NCBI GenBank assembly: GCA_949299195.1
Contig: CASFZN010000017.1
Span: 3,714-67,713 of the forward strand
Origin: an uncultured bacterium
Lineage (GTDB): Bacteria > Bacillota_I > Bacilli_A > RFN20 > CAG-826
Direction: 5' to 3'
Length of the DNA stretch: 64,000 nucleotides
The position numbers and the translations under genes were made by a program. Shown here in pieces: positions 1 to 8,987 of this stretch; positions within the stretch are counted from its first letter, which is position 1; each line of letters begins with the position of its first letter. Under the pieces are notes generated by a model. It did not search any database. It worked only from the letters and a program-made list of their open reading frames with translations, and was not told the origin of the DNA.

Positions 1-1033
1 TTAAAGCTTCTAAATTTAATTCATCTAAAGTTTCAAATTCAACTCCTCCATGTAATTTTAAGGCTCTAATTGTAGCAACTAAAACTACCATTGATGGGTG
101 TAAATTTCCTTCTTTACATTTAATATCAAAGAATTTTTCAGCTCCTAAATCACTAGCAAATCCAGCCTCCTCAATAACAATTGGAGCTAGTTTTCTTGCG
201 TATGTTGTTCCTATTAAAGAAGCGCAACCATGAGCAATATTTGCAAAAGGTCCTCCATGAACAATAACTGGATTATTTTCTTTTGTTTGAACTAAATTTG
301 GTAAAAGTGCATCTTTCATTAACATAAAAATTGCATCTTCAATTTCTAAATCTTTAAGATAAATAGGTTTATCGTCTAAAGAATATGCAATCAAAATTTT
401 ATTAACTCTTTCGATAAAGTCTTCCTTATCCTTACTTATACATAAAATTGCCATAAGTTCGCTAGCAACTGTAATTTGGAAGTTTTCAGTTCTTCTAATT
501 CCGTTAATAGAGGAGCCAAGTCCAATTTCAACTTCTCTAAGTTCACGATCATTAACATCAAGTGCTCTTTTCCATAAAACACGATCTTTATCGATATTTA
601 ATGGGTTTCCTTGATAAATAGAATTGTCAATTACTGCCGCAATTAAGTTAATGGATGAAGTTAAAGCATGTAAATCACCAGTAAAATGAAGATTAATATC
701 CATTGATGGTTCAATAGAAGCTTTCCCACCACCTGTTGCTCCGCCTTTAAGACCAAAGGTTGGTCCCATAGAAGGTTCTCTTAAAACTGGAATGCACTTT
801 TTATTTAATTTATTTAGTCCATCACATAATGAGATGGTAGTAAAAGTTTTACCTTCACCTGCTTTTGTAGGAGTGATTGCAGTAACTAAAATTAACTTTG
901 AATTCTTATAATCTTCCTTTTCAGTTAATACTTCTTCTTTTATTTTTGCTTTATAGTCGCCATAAAAAACTAAATCATCCTTAGTTAAATCGACCTTTTT
1001 AGCAATTTCTTCAATTCTTTTTAATCCTTCCAT
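1..1033 (-). CDS. fhs: Formate--tetrahydrofolate ligase, N-terminal 344 aa; the C-terminus runs past the window start
   Basis: Not in the ORF track. Minus-strand translation from the ATG at 1033 reads MEGLKRIEEIAKK...ITPTKAGEGKTFTTISL, the FTHFS P-loop signature, and the frame stays open to position 1. The SD GGAGAG lies 8 nt upstream (1041-1050). Confidence 0.8.
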   Translation of the reverse strand, partial: MEGLKRIEEIAKKVDLTKDDLVFYGDYKAKIKEEVLTEKEDYKNSKLILVTAITPTKAGEGKTFTTISLCDGLNKLNKKCIPVLREPSMGPTFGLKGGATGGGKASIEPSMDINLHFTGDLHALTSSINLIAAVIDNSIYQGNPLNIDKDRVLWKRALDVNDRELREVEIGLGSSINGIRRTENFQITVASELMAILCISKDKEDFIERVNKILIAYSLDDKPIYLKDLEIEDAIFMLMKDALLPNLVQTKENNPVIVHGGPFANIAHGCASLIGTTYARKLAPIVIEEAGFASDLGAEKFFDIKCKEGNLHPSMVVLVATIRALKLHGGVEFETLDELNLEAL

Positions 1034-1052
1034 TTTTAAAACTCTCCTAAAC

Positions 1053-1769
1053 TTATTTTATATCTAAATAATCATTTATAACGAATGCCCCAATTTTTAA
1101 TCCTGCTAAATTTGGGTTAAAGAAACTAGAAGCAATAACATCTTTGTCATTTAGTTCTTCTTTGATAGTTTCTAAAGAAAAAGCGCAATAAACTTTTGAA
1201 ATATCTACTCCTTCTTTTTTGAGTTCATATCTTAATTTTCTACCGAGTTTATCGTTAAAAGACTTATTTAATTTATCAATTATTACATCTTTTAGTAAGA
1301 ATCTTTTTCCCATACCTAACGAAGTAATAATTTTAATATTATGTTCGAGTGCAAATTTAATGAGTACTATTTTAGCCTTAATATCATCAATACAGTCAAC
1401 AATGTAGTCGACATCTTTTAAGATATTTAAATCGAATGAAGCATCTATTTTTAAATTATAGTTTTTAATATTTAAATCAAAATTCATTTTTTCTAACTTT
1501 TCTTTCAAAACATCAGCTTTATATTTATCTAAATCATCTAAATCATACGCAAGCTGACGGTTTAAGTTAGAAATTTCTACATTATCTTTATCTATAAGAA
1601 TCAAATTTTTAACATTGCTCCTTACTAAAGAAATTGGAACAATCGATCCAACTCCTCCTAAGCCAATAACAGCAACCTTAAGATTTTCTAATTTCTTTAT
1701 ATTTTCATTTCCATATAAAGAGATGCTTCTTTGATTAATTTGTTCTTTTTTCATAAAAACACTAATCAT
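1053..1769 (-). CDS. tcdA: tRNA threonylcarbamoyladenosine dehydratase (ThiF/MoeB/HesA family, TcdA/CsdL-like)
   Basis: Rossmann motif VAVIGLGGVGS. Neither ATG has a clear SD, so the alternative start at 1754 (MKKEQ) is possible. It is probably co-transcribed with fhs (19-nt gap). Confidence 0.7.
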   Translation of the reverse strand: MISVFMKKEQINQRSISLYGNENIKKLENLKVAVIGLGGVGSIVPISLVRSNVKNLILIDKDNVEISNLNRQLAYDLDDLDKYKADVLKEKLEKMNFDLNIKNYNLKIDASFDLNILKDVDYIVDCIDDIKAKIVLIKFALEHNIKIITSLGMGKRFLLKDVIIDKLNKSFNDKLGRKLRYELKKEGVDISKVYCAFSLETIKEELNDKDVIASSFFNPNLAGLKIGAFVINDYLDIK

Positions 1770-1782
1770 AATTATATTTAAT

Positions 1783-1811
1783 TTGACTTGGAAATAATAT
1801 CATTTTATATT
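1783..1811 (+). promoter_or_regulatory. Candidate sigma-A promoter for rdgB: -35 TTGACT (1783-1788), 17-nt spacer, -10 TATATT (1806-1811)
   Basis: Read directly from the sequence. The SD AAAGGT and ATG at 1820 follow. Confidence 0.4.
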
Positions 1812-1819
1812 TTAAAGGT

Positions 1820-2413
1820 ATGATTGAAATTGTAATTGCGTCCAATAATCTTCATAAAATTAAAGAATATGAAGATATGTTAAGTGAATATAAAGGTAAA
1901 ATTAAATTTTATTCCCTCAAAGACGAAGGAATAAAATCAGATCCTAGTGAAGATGGTACTTCTTATATTGAAAACGCCTTAATTAAGGCAAAAAGTATCG
2001 TTGATAAAACTGATAAATATATCTTAGCTGATGATAGTGGAGTTGAATTTGAAGCTTTAGGAGAACATTTTCCAGGAATTCATACTCATCGATATGCTAT
2101 TGAAAATGGCGGGAATATTAATTTAAATCCAAAATTAGCAAAAGAGATTCCAAACACCAAAGGAACTTTCTTTTGTGCTATCGCTTTAATTACTCCTAAA
2201 AAAGAAATCAAAACTTTCTTAGGAGAAGTTAATGGGAAAGTATCTCCAATTGTAGAAGGCGAACATGGGTTTGGATATGATCCAATATTTATAACTGAAA
2301 ATATGGAACACCCAAACGCTTATTATAGTGAAGAAGTTAAAAACTCAATTTCTCATCGAAGGAAAGCCCTTGATAAGGTTGTAAATTATCTTAAAGAAGA
2401 AGGAATTTTATAA
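1820..2413 (+). CDS. rdgB: Non-canonical purine NTP pyrophosphatase (dITP/XTP pyrophosphatase, Ham1/RdgB family)
   Basis: N-terminus IEIVIASNNLHKIKE; 197 aa; family signatures FPGIH and GFGYDPIF. Confidence 0.85.
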   Translation: MIEIVIASNNLHKIKEYEDMLSEYKGKIKFYSLKDEGIKSDPSEDGTSYIENALIKAKSIVDKTDKYILADDSGVEFEALGEHFPGIHTHRYAIENGGNINLNPKLAKEIPNTKGTFFCAIALITPKKEIKTFLGEVNGKVSPIVEGEHGFGYDPIFITENMEHPNAYYSEEVKNSISHRRKALDKVVNYLKEEGIL

Positions 2414-2582
2414 ATAATTCCTCTTTTTTTAAGGGAAAAATGGCTAAAATTAAAAAATAGTGACAACCAGCTGTCACCGAAAACCACCTTTCTTTAAATT
2501 TAATGTGAATAATTTTTTAATTTAAAACGTTTTTATATATAGAATAAAAACAACCTCACTCTTTATACCTTTTTCTATAATT

Positions 2583-2608
2583 AAAAAACTCCCTAGCTAA
2601 GTAGGGAG
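2583..2608 (-). terminator. Rho-independent terminator for the 2617..3573 gene
   Basis: Perfect 7-bp stem CTCCCTA/TAGGGAG with loop GCTAAG, followed on the minus strand by TTTTTT (the A-run at 2583-2588). Confidence 0.6.
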
Positions 2609-2616
2609 CCACTAAT

Positions 2617-3573
2617 TTATTTCATCGTCTTTTTAAAATAAATAATCATGTAAATAAGCGCAAGGCCTAGTGGAATAAAGGCACAATACGTGACAGCGTT
2701 ATTTGCAATATTTAAACCAACAATAAGTAAGATTAAGGCGATTAAAAGTAAAGCGCCTAAGACAATATAGAAAGTTCTAACTTGTTTTTGAAAATTTTTA
2801 TCTGGAACAATAATTTGTTCATCTTCTAATTCAGTTTCTTCTTTTTTAACGATATTGGTATTTAAATATTCGATTTCTTCTTTTTCTTCGTTATAAGTAA
2901 AATCACCTTTATTTACTAAATTAAAAGTTTTCTTTAATTCAGTTGTAACAATTGCCTTATATTTAGAGTAGCGGTCCATAAAACTAGCGTTATCTTCAAA
3001 ATAAGTTGCACGAGATTCTGAATGTAAAAGAGCGAAAACTTCATCAAAATAATCATATAAAGATTTAATGTCCTTTAAGCCCTTAAAATATGGCTTAACA
3101 TATTTTTCATTTATAAAAGAACCATCAACAATAATCTTTTCGTTATAGTATTTAATAAAAATATGGAAGTTTTGAACTAAATCTTTTAAAAATGCTAATA
3201 AAAGATAGGTATTTTCTTTGTCTAATGTAATTTCATGCTCTTCAAAAAGAGGAATGATTTTATCATAGTTAGATTCAGTATAGGTATTTAGATAAAGTAA
3301 ATTTAAACTATATCTAGTCAAAATATCAAAATTATCTGGATCTAAGTTTAATACTTCTTTATAACATTCATTGCTTTCTTTAAATTTTAATCTTGTATAG
3401 TATTTAAAACCTTTTTTAGTCATAGCCGTAATATAACTATTGAGAGTTTTTTTACCATCCATTACTGTAAAATTAAGATCACATTCACTACATTTTACTT
3501 CAATTTCATTCTCTTCATCAGCTCCAAAAACATGCTGACAATTTGGACACATAACTTTAATTTTCATAACCAT
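2617..3573 (-). CDS. Hypothetical protein with an N-terminal zinc ribbon (CPNC...CSEC) and two C-terminal transmembrane helices
   Basis: 318-aa ORF. Cys pairs are at residues 9-12 and 28-31. The tail LGALLLIALILLIVGL...IPLGLALIYMIIYF is hydrophobic. Confidence 0.55.
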   Translation of the reverse strand: MVMKIKVMCPNCQHVFGADEENEIEVKCSECDLNFTVMDGKKTLNSYITAMTKKGFKYYTRLKFKESNECYKEVLNLDPDNFDILTRYSLNLLYLNTYTESNYDKIIPLFEEHEITLDKENTYLLLAFLKDLVQNFHIFIKYYNEKIIVDGSFINEKYVKPYFKGLKDIKSLYDYFDEVFALLHSESRATYFEDNASFMDRYSKYKAIVTTELKKTFNLVNKGDFTYNEEKEEIEYLNTNIVKKEETELEDEQIIVPDKNFQKQVRTFYIVLGALLLIALILLIVGLNIANNAVTYCAFIPLGLALIYMIIYFKKTMK

Positions 3574-3611
3574 TATTATAAAGTAAATACTTTTCTTTTC
3601 TACTATTTTTT

Positions 3612-3627
3612 TATCTATGCATAGATA
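3612..3627. repeat. Perfect 16-bp palindrome TATCTATGCATAGATA in the 5' region of the zinc-ribbon gene
   Basis: Self-complementary. It is flanked by an imperfect extension, tactatttttt...aaaaagtagg. Confidence 0.5.
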
Positions 3628-3652
3628 AAAAGTAGGTATTTATTTTCAATTG

Positions 3653-3685
3653 ACTTTTTAAAAGGAGACCAAGACCGGTCTCCTT
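3653..3685 (-). terminator. Rho-independent terminator for the M18 aminopeptidase gene
   Basis: Stem AAGGAGACC/GGTCTCCTT, loop AAGACC, followed on the minus strand by TTTTAAAA. Confidence 0.6.
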
Positions 3686-3710
3686 GTTAAGCATATTAAA
3701 TTATTTACTA

Positions 3711-5075
3711 CTATTTAATATCAGTTAAGAATGCTATATAAGCTTTATATGCTTCATAAACATCAGCTTTAGAAACAATTTCCATTGGTGCGTGCATATT
3801 TAATACAGCAATTCCAGCATCAATAACATTCATGTTGAGGTTAGCTAAAATATAAGCAATCGTTCCTCCTCCGCCTTGATCAACTTTACCGAGTTCTGCG
3901 GTTTGATAAACGATTTCGTGAGTATCTAAAACATTTCTTAATTTAGCAATGAATTCTGGATTAGCATCGTTACATCCGCCTTTTCCTCTACTTCCAGTAT
4001 ATTTATTGAAAACAATACCTTTAGCAAAGAAACAGGAGTTTTTAAGTTCGTTGACTCCAACAAATAATGGGTCAACTGCTGCACTAACATCGCTTGAAAG
4101 CATATATGAATTTGTTAAAGCTTCTCTTAATTTTAAATCATTATAATCTTCAGTTTTTGAGATTAAAGTTGCGATTGTATCTTCGAAGAATCTAGATTGA
4201 GCGCCTGTAGCACCAACACTTCCGATTTCTTCTTTATCAACTAAAATGCAGCAACAAGTTCTTGATGGATTTTCAATTTCTAAAGTTGCCATTAATGAAG
4301 TATAAGCACAGACTCTATCATCGTGACCATATCCAGCAACCATTGATCTATCTAAACCATAGTCTTTAGTTTCGCCAGCCGGAACGATTTCAAGTTCAGC
4401 AGAAAGGAAATCTTCTTCTTCAATATCATATTTTTCTTTTAAAAGTTTTAAGATATTTTCTTTAACTTTATCTTTTTCTTTATCTTTTAAAGGAATTGAA
4501 CCGATAGTAACGTCTAAATTTTCACCTTCAATAACATTAGCAGCTCTCTTTTGGAGTTGTTCTCCTGAAAGATGGATTAAAAGATCTGAAATACCAACAA
4601 CTGGATCATTTGGCTCATCACCAATATTAATATCGACAACTGTGCCATCTTTTTTAACTACAACACCAACAATAGCAAGAGGAATTGTAACCCATTGATA
4701 TTTTTTAACACCACCATAATAGTGAGTATCTAAAAGTGCAAAATCATATGATTCATATAAAGGAACTTGTTTAACATCAAGTCTAGGAGAGTCGATATGA
4801 GCTCCTAAAATATTTAATCCATTTGTTAAAGGTTCAGTTCCGATAATGAATAATGCGATATTTTTCTTTCTATTGATAACATAAACCTTATCGCCTGCTT
4901 TTAATGTTTTAAATTCTTTTAAATCTTTAAAGCCCTTAGCTTCTGCTAATTTAATAGCTTCTTTAACAGCTAATCTTTCGTTTTTTGAATGAGTTAAAAA
5001 GTTTTTATAACCTTCATTAAACTCAAAAATTGGGCCGTGATCTTCATATTTTTCCCAAATATTTTTTTGATACAT
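3711..5075 (-). CDS. M18-family aminopeptidase (aspartyl aminopeptidase-like)
   Basis: Motif GAHIDSPRLDVK; about 454 aa. The start was moved to the second ATG (MYQKN) because GGAGGT sits 7 nt upstream of it, inside the apparent MEVEI extension of the ORF-track call. Confidence 0.7.
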   Translation of the reverse strand: MYQKNIWEKYEDHGPIFEFNEGYKNFLTHSKNERLAVKEAIKLAEAKGFKDLKEFKTLKAGDKVYVINRKKNIALFIIGTEPLTNGLNILGAHIDSPRLDVKQVPLYESYDFALLDTHYYGGVKKYQWVTIPLAIVGVVVKKDGTVVDINIGDEPNDPVVGISDLLIHLSGEQLQKRAANVIEGENLDVTIGSIPLKDKEKDKVKENILKLLKEKYDIEEEDFLSAELEIVPAGETKDYGLDRSMVAGYGHDDRVCAYTSLMATLEIENPSRTCCCILVDKEEIGSVGATGAQSRFFEDTIATLISKTEDYNDLKLREALTNSYMLSSDVSAAVDPLFVGVNELKNSCFFAKGIVFNKYTGSRGKGGCNDANPEFIAKLRNVLDTHEIVYQTAELGKVDQGGGGTIAYILANLNMNVIDAGIAVLNMHAPMEIVSKADVYEAYKAYIAFLTDIK

Positions 5076-5215
5076 AATTTCTACCTCCATTTATAAAATA
5101 ATATTTTCGAAACATTAATTAATATAAATTAATTAAAGAAATTGTCAAATAGAATAATCATTAATTTTTTGCATATTTTTTGCTTTTTATTGACTGAATT
5201 TGTGATAATAAAGCC

Positions 5216-5464
5216 ATGAAACAAGAAAAATTAATATTAAAAGATGAGAATACTAATAAAGAAATTGGATTTGTTCTTTATGAAGTCGATGAAGGAAACA
5301 AAGTTTTAACCATCCTTTCAACCCAAGTCCACCAAGAATATCAAGGTCAAGGCAAAGCCAAGATTTTAATGGAAAATATCGTTAAATTTGCAGTTGAAAG
5401 AGGATATAAAATTGAATCTTTCTGTTCTTATGCGACTAACTATTTATCTAAGAATCCTCTTTAA
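5216..5464 (+). CDS. Small GNAT-like N-acetyltransferase domain protein
   Basis: 82 aa with a QGQGKAK acetyl-CoA-binding-like motif. Its stop overlaps the zupT stop (TTAA). Confidence 0.45.
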   Translation: MKQEKLILKDENTNKEIGFVLYEVDEGNKVLTILSTQVHQEYQGQGKAKILMENIVKFAVERGYKIESFCSYATNYLSKNPL

Positions 5465-6270
5465 CCAAGCGAAACATCTAAGATCATCATTACTAAAAAT
5501 CCAAAAATAAACGAAAAGGTCCCAAAATGATTGGTGGAATTTAATTGTGACTCTGGGATTAACTCTTCAATCGTTACATAAATCATTGCTCCAGCACTAA
5601 AAGCTAAAGCATATGGCATAATTCCTTCAATATAATAAGCTAAAACTATACCAATTATCGCTGAAATAGGTTCTACTAAGCCTGAAAGCATTCCATATAA
5701 AAAGGATTTAAAAGTTGTCGTTTCTTCTTTAAAAGGTAAAGCAACCGCAATTCCTTCTGGAAAATTTTGAATACCAATTCCTATAGCAAGCATTAATGCT
5801 GATAAAAACATCGCATCGTTATTAGTATTTATTGCAACTCCAAATGCAATACCTACCGATAAACCTTCTGGAATATTATGAATTGTGACTGCTAAAAGCA
5901 TTTTAGTAGTCTTTTTTAGTTTCCTAGTTTTAACCCCTTCTTCTTCTTCTTCATCATTCTTATTTTTATGAATATGAGGAACTATCTTATCAAGTAAGAA
6001 TAAAAATAAGCATCCTAAGATAAAACCGATAACTACAACCACGACATTAGGAATATTTTTAGGAGTTTGATCTTCTAAAGCTGGAATAATAAGCGAAAAA
6101 ATTGAAGCCGAAATCATAACTCCACTAGCAAATCCTAAAAAGATTTGTTTTAAATTTATAGATAACTGTTTTCTAAAAAAGAATACAGCTGCTGCACCTA
6201 AAGTAGTTGTAAGAAATGTTATAAATACGCCAATAATTGTGTAAATTAGGTTAGTTGTTGATATAGCCAC
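5461..6270 (-). CDS. zupT: ZIP-family zinc/divalent-metal transporter
   Basis: HNIPEGLSVG signature and about 8 transmembrane segments. A GTG start is preceded by AGGAGG at 8 nt. An acidic, His-containing loop HIHKNKNDEEEEEG is present. Confidence 0.85.
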   Translation of the reverse strand: MAISTTNLIYTIIGVFITFLTTTLGAAAVFFFRKQLSINLKQIFLGFASGVMISASIFSLIIPALEDQTPKNIPNVVVVVIGFILGCLFLFLLDKIVPHIHKNKNDEEEEEGVKTRKLKKTTKMLLAVTIHNIPEGLSVGIAFGVAINTNNDAMFLSALMLAIGIGIQNFPEGIAVALPFKEETTTFKSFLYGMLSGLVEPISAIIGIVLAYYIEGIMPYALAFSAGAMIYVTIEELIPESQLNSTNHFGTFSFIFGFLVMMILDVSLG

Positions 6271-6287
6271 GATATTCTCCTCCTTTA

Positions 6288-6307
6288 TTGTTAGTTTAAA
6301 CTAACAA
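6288..6307. promoter_or_regulatory. Perfect 20-bp palindrome TTGTTAGTTTAAACTAACAA between the zupT promoter and its SD; candidate operator
   Basis: Self-complementary. It lies immediately downstream of a candidate minus-strand promoter (TTGTCA, 17 nt, TAATAT) and 4 nt upstream of the SD. Confidence 0.5.
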
Positions 6308-6363
6308 AATATATTAATAATAAATTAACTTTTTGACAAGAATTATGCATTCTTAAGCGGTTA

Positions 6364-6392
6364 TTGAAATTGATAGCAAAATACCTTATCAT
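6364..6392 (+). promoter_or_regulatory. Candidate promoter for the CNNM gene: -35 TTGAAA, 17-nt spacer, -10 TATCAT
   Basis: Read directly from the sequence. The SD GGAGAAG and ATG at 6446 follow. Confidence 0.35.
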
Positions 6393-6445
6393 ATTTCTCG
6401 TATTTATTTTATTTTAATTTAGAAATTATTGGAGAAGATACATTA

Positions 6446-7579
6446 ATGGACCCGTGGTTGCCCCAAATATTAACTGAAACAAGCAACAGTTATTCAACAG
6501 TATTAGGAATGCCTGATTATGTTGTGTGGATAATTATTGCAATATTATTACTTGTTAGTGGATTATATAGTGCTAGCGAAAATGCATATACAAACTGTAA
6601 TAAATATCATTTTAGAGCCAAAGCAAACAAAGGAAGTTTAACAGCTAAATTAATAGTTAGATTAATTGATAAATTTGATAATACATTAATCACTGTTTTG
6701 GTTGGAAATAATATCATTCAAACCTTCATGTCATTTTTAAGTGCCATGCTTTTTTATAATTTATCGATGGCTTTAGGCTGGAGTGATGGTTTAGAAGCGA
6801 TTCTTTCAACCGTTATTATGGCTGCTTTAGTTTATATTGTTAGTGATACTGTTCCTAAGATTTTATCTAAGGCTATCCCTAATAAAATGGCATATATTTT
6901 AGTATATCCAGTCACCTTTACCTATTATATTCTTTTCCCTATTATCTATATTTTTAAAGGAATATTATTATTAGTTCATAAAATCTTTAAGATTAAAGAT
7001 GATTCCTTATTAAGTAAGGATGATTTAATTCATTCCGCTTCTTTAGCGGTTAATGAAGATGAAGGAATTGATGAAGATAGTAGCGAAGATGAAAAATTAT
7101 TTGAAAACGATGAAGAAAAACTACTTTCAAATGCCTTTAAATTTGATTTATTAAAGGTCAACCAAGTTTATACTCCTATCGAAAAGGTAACAATGTTAAA
7201 TCTAGATGGATTATCAAATAACGAATTAAATAAAAAGTTGATTGATATTCCATATTCAAGAATTCCAGTATATGAAGAAACTACCGATAATATCGTAGGA
7301 ATTTTAGTTGTAAAAAGATATTTTGAAGAATATGTCAAAGATCGTCACTTAGAGATTAGATCAATTTTAGAAGATGCTATTAAAGTAGATATCAATTCCA
7401 ATATCGATGATACTTTTAGAGAATTAAATAAAGAAAAGGTACATTTAGGAATTGTAGTTGATAAAAATAATAACGATAAGTTATTAGGAATTATATCGAT
7501 GCAAGACGTATTAGAAGAGTTAGTCGAAAATATCGATGAAACTCATGATAATAGCGCTAAATTATTGGAGAATAAATAG
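6446..7579 (+). CDS. CNNM/CorC-HlyC family transporter (DUF21 membrane domain plus CBS pair), paralog 1
   Basis: N-terminal transmembrane region followed by CBS-like repeats; SD GGAGAAG. Confidence 0.7.
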   Translation: MDPWLPQILTETSNSYSTVLGMPDYVVWIIIAILLLVSGLYSASENAYTNCNKYHFRAKANKGSLTAKLIVRLIDKFDNTLITVLVGNNIIQTFMSFLSAMLFYNLSMALGWSDGLEAILSTVIMAALVYIVSDTVPKILSKAIPNKMAYILVYPVTFTYYILFPIIYIFKGILLLVHKIFKIKDDSLLSKDDLIHSASLAVNEDEGIDEDSSEDEKLFENDEEKLLSNAFKFDLLKVNQVYTPIEKVTMLNLDGLSNNELNKKLIDIPYSRIPVYEETTDNIVGILVVKRYFEEYVKDRHLEIRSILEDAIKVDINSNIDDTFRELNKEKVHLGIVVDKNNNDKLLGIISMQDVLEELVENIDETHDNSAKLLENK

Positions 7580-7581
7580 TT

Positions 7582-8937
7582 ATGAGTAGAGAAGTATTAA
7601 TAATTGTTTATTCGATAACCCTCTTCCTTCTATTAATATGTAGCTTCTTCTTTTCAAGTAGCGACATGGCTTATGGTAGTTTAGATCTTTTACGTTTTGA
7701 AAAAGAACAAAATAAAACTAGAAGAGGATTTAAAAGAGCCTATAAATTATCAAAAAATTACGATAATACAATTTCAACAATTCTTTTATTAAATGATACC
7801 GTTAATGCAGGTCTTGACTCTATTTCAACCCTTTTAGGTGTTAATTTAGCCTTCCTTATTTTAGGAAATAACTATCCTAATATCGAAACTGTTGCAGAAA
7901 ACTGGGGTTTAATTGCTTCAATGATCTGTTTAGTTACTAAGATTATTTTTGGAGAAATTGTCGCTAAAAGTATTGGTAAAATTTATAACTATCGTTTTGC
8001 TTTAGGAAATTCGTTTACTATCACTATTTTAAGTTATATTTTCTATCCTATAACATTCTTAGTTAGTGGATTTGGCAAAATCATAACTTATCCAATTACT
8101 AGAGCATCAAAAGATATTAAAATTGTTGAAGAAGATCTTCACGAAATGGTTAATGAAATTGAAAATCAAGGTAGTGTCGACGAAAAACAAGCTTCTCTTC
8201 TTCATGATGCAATTTATTATACAACTACTAAAGCCTATGAAATCATGACTCCTAGAGTTGATATTTATGCGATAGATATCGAAGATAATTTAGTTGATAT
8301 TATTAAAGATAGCAATCTATTTAAATATAGTAGAGTTCCAGTTTATGAAGATACAATCGATAATATTATTGGTTATGTTTATACTAAAGCCTTAATGTTA
8401 GCGGTTTTAAGTAAAAAGAAGGTTGATTTAAGAAGTTTACTTAAAGAACCTCTTAGATTCCCTCGTTCGATCGAAATTAATGAAATCTTAAAAACTTTCA
8501 AAAAAGAAAAACAACATTTCGCTCTTGTTATTGATGAATATGGTGGAATTGAAGGCTTACTTACTATGGAAGATATTTTAGAAGAATTAGTCGGTGATAT
8601 TTGGGATGAAAACGATGAAAAAGATGTTGAAATTTCTTCTCAAAGAAAAGATGGAAGTTATGTTATTGATGGTGGATTAAATCTTGAAGACTTCTGTAAC
8701 TTATTCGATTTAGATTATGATGAACTTGATACGGAATACGTTACAATCGGAGGCTTCATTATCGAACTTTTAGATGATAAATTCGCTAATGTTGGCGATA
8801 TAGTTACCTATAAAGATGTCGAAATGGAAATCTTGTCTGTTGATAAAAACATGGTAATTGATAAACTTCTTGCTCGTAAGATTGATAAGGAAGAGGAAGA
8901 AAATAAAGATAAAGATGAAGAAACTAAAAAGGACTAG
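7582..8937 (+). CDS. CNNM/CorC-HlyC family transporter (DUF21, CBS pair and CorC_HlyC C-terminal domain), paralog 2
   Basis: 451 aa with C-terminal transporter-associated-domain motifs. It sits 2 nt after paralog 1 and ends in an acidic, Lys-rich tail. Confidence 0.75.
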   Translation: MSREVLIIVYSITLFLLLICSFFFSSSDMAYGSLDLLRFEKEQNKTRRGFKRAYKLSKNYDNTISTILLLNDTVNAGLDSISTLLGVNLAFLILGNNYPNIETVAENWGLIASMICLVTKIIFGEIVAKSIGKIYNYRFALGNSFTITILSYIFYPITFLVSGFGKIITYPITRASKDIKIVEEDLHEMVNEIENQGSVDEKQASLLHDAIYYTTTKAYEIMTPRVDIYAIDIEDNLVDIIKDSNLFKYSRVPVYEDTIDNIIGYVYTKALMLAVLSKKKVDLRSLLKEPLRFPRSIEINEILKTFKKEKQHFALVIDEYGGIEGLLTMEDILEELVGDIWDENDEKDVEISSQRKDGSYVIDGGLNLEDFCNLFDLDYDELDTEYVTIGGFIIELLDDKFANVGDIVTYKDVEMEILSVDKNMVIDKLLARKIDKEEEENKDKDEETKKD

Positions 8938-8962
8938 AGATAATTCTCTAGTCGCTTTTTTA
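8932..8962 (+). terminator. Rho-independent terminator
   Basis: Perfect 9-bp stem GACTAGAGA/TCTCTAGTC with loop TAAT, then GCTTTTTTAT. The stem includes the TAG stop codon. Confidence 0.75.
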
Positions 8963-8987
8963 TAGTCTACTATTTTAAACGTTCTAT

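Noticed and set aside
2452-2477. Hairpin GTGACAACCAGCTGTCAC after rdgB as a second terminator
   Set aside because: The stem is perfect, but on the plus strand no T-run follows. On the minus strand it would be a second terminator redundant with the one at 2583-2608. It is kept only as a noted structure.
5076-5090. N-terminal extensions in the ORF-track calls (MEVEI on the aminopeptidase; 35 aa MSNIDPF... on the CvpA-like protein at 10452-10556; MLIKGVI on apt at 13738-13758)
   Set aside because: In each case a strong SD (GGAGGT, AAAGGAG, AAAGGGG) lies inside the extension at the right distance from an internal ATG that starts the conserved domain.
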